Source: Erysipelotrichaceae bacterium MTC7 (lineage in GTDB: Bacteria > Bacillota_I > Bacilli_A > Erysipelotrichales > Erysipelotrichaceae). From it: a DNA stretch of 24,147 nt. The stretch is taken from positions 1 through 24,147 of the forward strand of contig LVZN01000025.1 in NCBI GenBank assembly GCA_001695645.1, given 5' to 3'. Positions within the stretch are counted from its first letter, which is position 1. Every line of letters starts with the position of its first letter. Below the pieces are notes generated by a model. It ran no database searches. It had not been told where the DNA came from and saw nothing but the letters and a program-made list of their open reading frames with translations. Of this stretch, positions 23,525-24,147 are shown one piece after another. The translations under genes were made by a program, and so were the position numbers.

Positions 23525-24067
23525 AAGCTATACGTTGACAGAAGGACAGTGTGAGCTTCGATTGATTCGATTTCTTAAAGACGTTCATCATATTCCATTT
23601 GGAAAAGTCATTAAGAAAAATATTGTGACAACACCAAAGCAAAAGTTATTGTCCATACATAGACTTACAACACAATCGAAAACGTATGGACGGTGTATCT
23701 TGTCTTTGATGTAGATGTGATTATGAATGGTGAAGTTAACATGACTCAAATAATTGAGAAAATACAAAGTCTAGAGAAAGAAGAGAATATTGATGAGGTT
23801 ATATGTTTGTTGCAAGTTAGTTTTGAACACGAACTTTGTAAAATCACAGGGTTGAAGCAAAAGGAACTTTTCCGTCTGTTTGATGCAGTAGGAAAACATG
23901 AATTTTCATCGAACTTCATAAAGTGTAACGACCATAAAATACAAAACATTTTGACTTATCAAAAAGATGGTTTGATGTGCCTTTGGGACAATAATCATAT
24001 TGCCTTAACCAAAAAGTTCAAGGATTATAATATCAAAATATCTAGTTTTGGAAACATGATAAATTAG
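23514..24067 (+). pseudogene. Toprim/RloB-like partner gene interrupted by a 1-nt frameshift (ORFs 23511..23714 and 23693..24067)
   Basis: The first frame starts inside the ATPase stop region (TTGATGATGACTAA) and carries YTLTEGQCELRLIRFL, the Toprim-like Glu motif. The second frame is open from 23663 and carries VYLVFDVDV, the Toprim DxD motif, upstream of any ATG. Adding one A to the A4 run at 23679-23682 yields one 184-aa ORF, since 554 + 1 = 555 nt is divisible by 3. Confidence 0.65.
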
Positions 24068-24087
24068 TGATGTTTATTGTAATTTAA

Positions 24088-24142
24088 AAGTGGACCATTT
24101 TCATGGCATGTTGCCATTGAAAAAGGGACCACTTGTTTTTTT
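24088..24142 (+). terminator. Strong Rho-independent terminator closing the ATPase/Toprim module
   Basis: A hairpin of about 21 bp (AAGTGGACCATTTTCATGGCA - TGT - TGCCATTGAAAAAGGGACCACTT, with one mismatch, one bulge and one small internal loop) is followed by G then T7. Confidence 0.8.
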
Positions 24143-24147
24143 ATACT

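Noticed and set aside
20425-23949. Short ORFs overlapping the 564-aa gene, the ATPase and the Toprim-like gene (20425-20622, 20742-20978, 20803-21072, 21201-21416, 21765-21977, 21835-22044, 22654-22854, 22888-23154, 23746-23949).
   Set aside because: They are out of frame or antisense to supported CDSs and have no ribosome-binding sites.
1-24147. CRISPR arrays, tRNA/rRNA genes, IS elements, integrases and prophage boundaries.
   Set aside because: I found no regularly spaced direct repeats, no cloverleaf-capable GC-rich segments in the intergenic regions, no transposase or recombinase motifs in any ORF, and no terminal inverted repeats flanking the accessory loci.

Overview
This is a 24.1-kb chromosomal segment from a low-GC Gram-positive bacterium (Bacillota). 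Supporting signs are strong AGGAGG-type Shine-Dalgarno sites, hairpin plus T-run terminators and wall-anchor-like C-termini. An Erysipelotrichia/Clostridia-like origin is only my guess. I support 19 protein-coding loci, one of them frameshifted. I see no rRNA, tRNA, CRISPR array, transposase or integrase. The core content is a U32 pair (YrrN/YrrO-like) plus proS operon, hcp, a DapB-fold oxidoreductase and a TSCPD mini-protein. There are two very large repeat-built surface proteins of 803 aa and 1223 aa, the second with a fibro-slime/PA14-like head. A minus-strand operon encodes an internally duplicated membrane protein, a wHTH-LicC-like nucleotidyltransferase fusion and a 117-aa unknown, followed by an Acyl_transf_3 gene. 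The accessory and most interesting content falls into four loci. (1) 22244-24142 is a self-contained module of an AAA_21-like ABC ATPase and a small Toprim/RloB-like partner, with its own 16-bp inverted repeat and strong flanking terminators; the partner is split by a 1-nt frameshift. This is my best candidate for a defence system of the AbiL/RloAB/PARIS/OLD class, possibly a compact undescribed variant. (2) 1819-2917 is a single Abi_2 (AbiD/AbiF-like) gene driven by a perfect consensus promoter and wedged between housekeeping genes. (3) 63-1280 holds an AT-rich XRE-HTH fusion protein with an unknown C-terminal domain, divergent from a 58-aa membrane peptide that is not in the ORF track. (4) 20453-22147 is an orphan 564-aa protein with a PEPCK/HprK-like P-loop. 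All family assignments come from motif reading by eye, and no searches were run.
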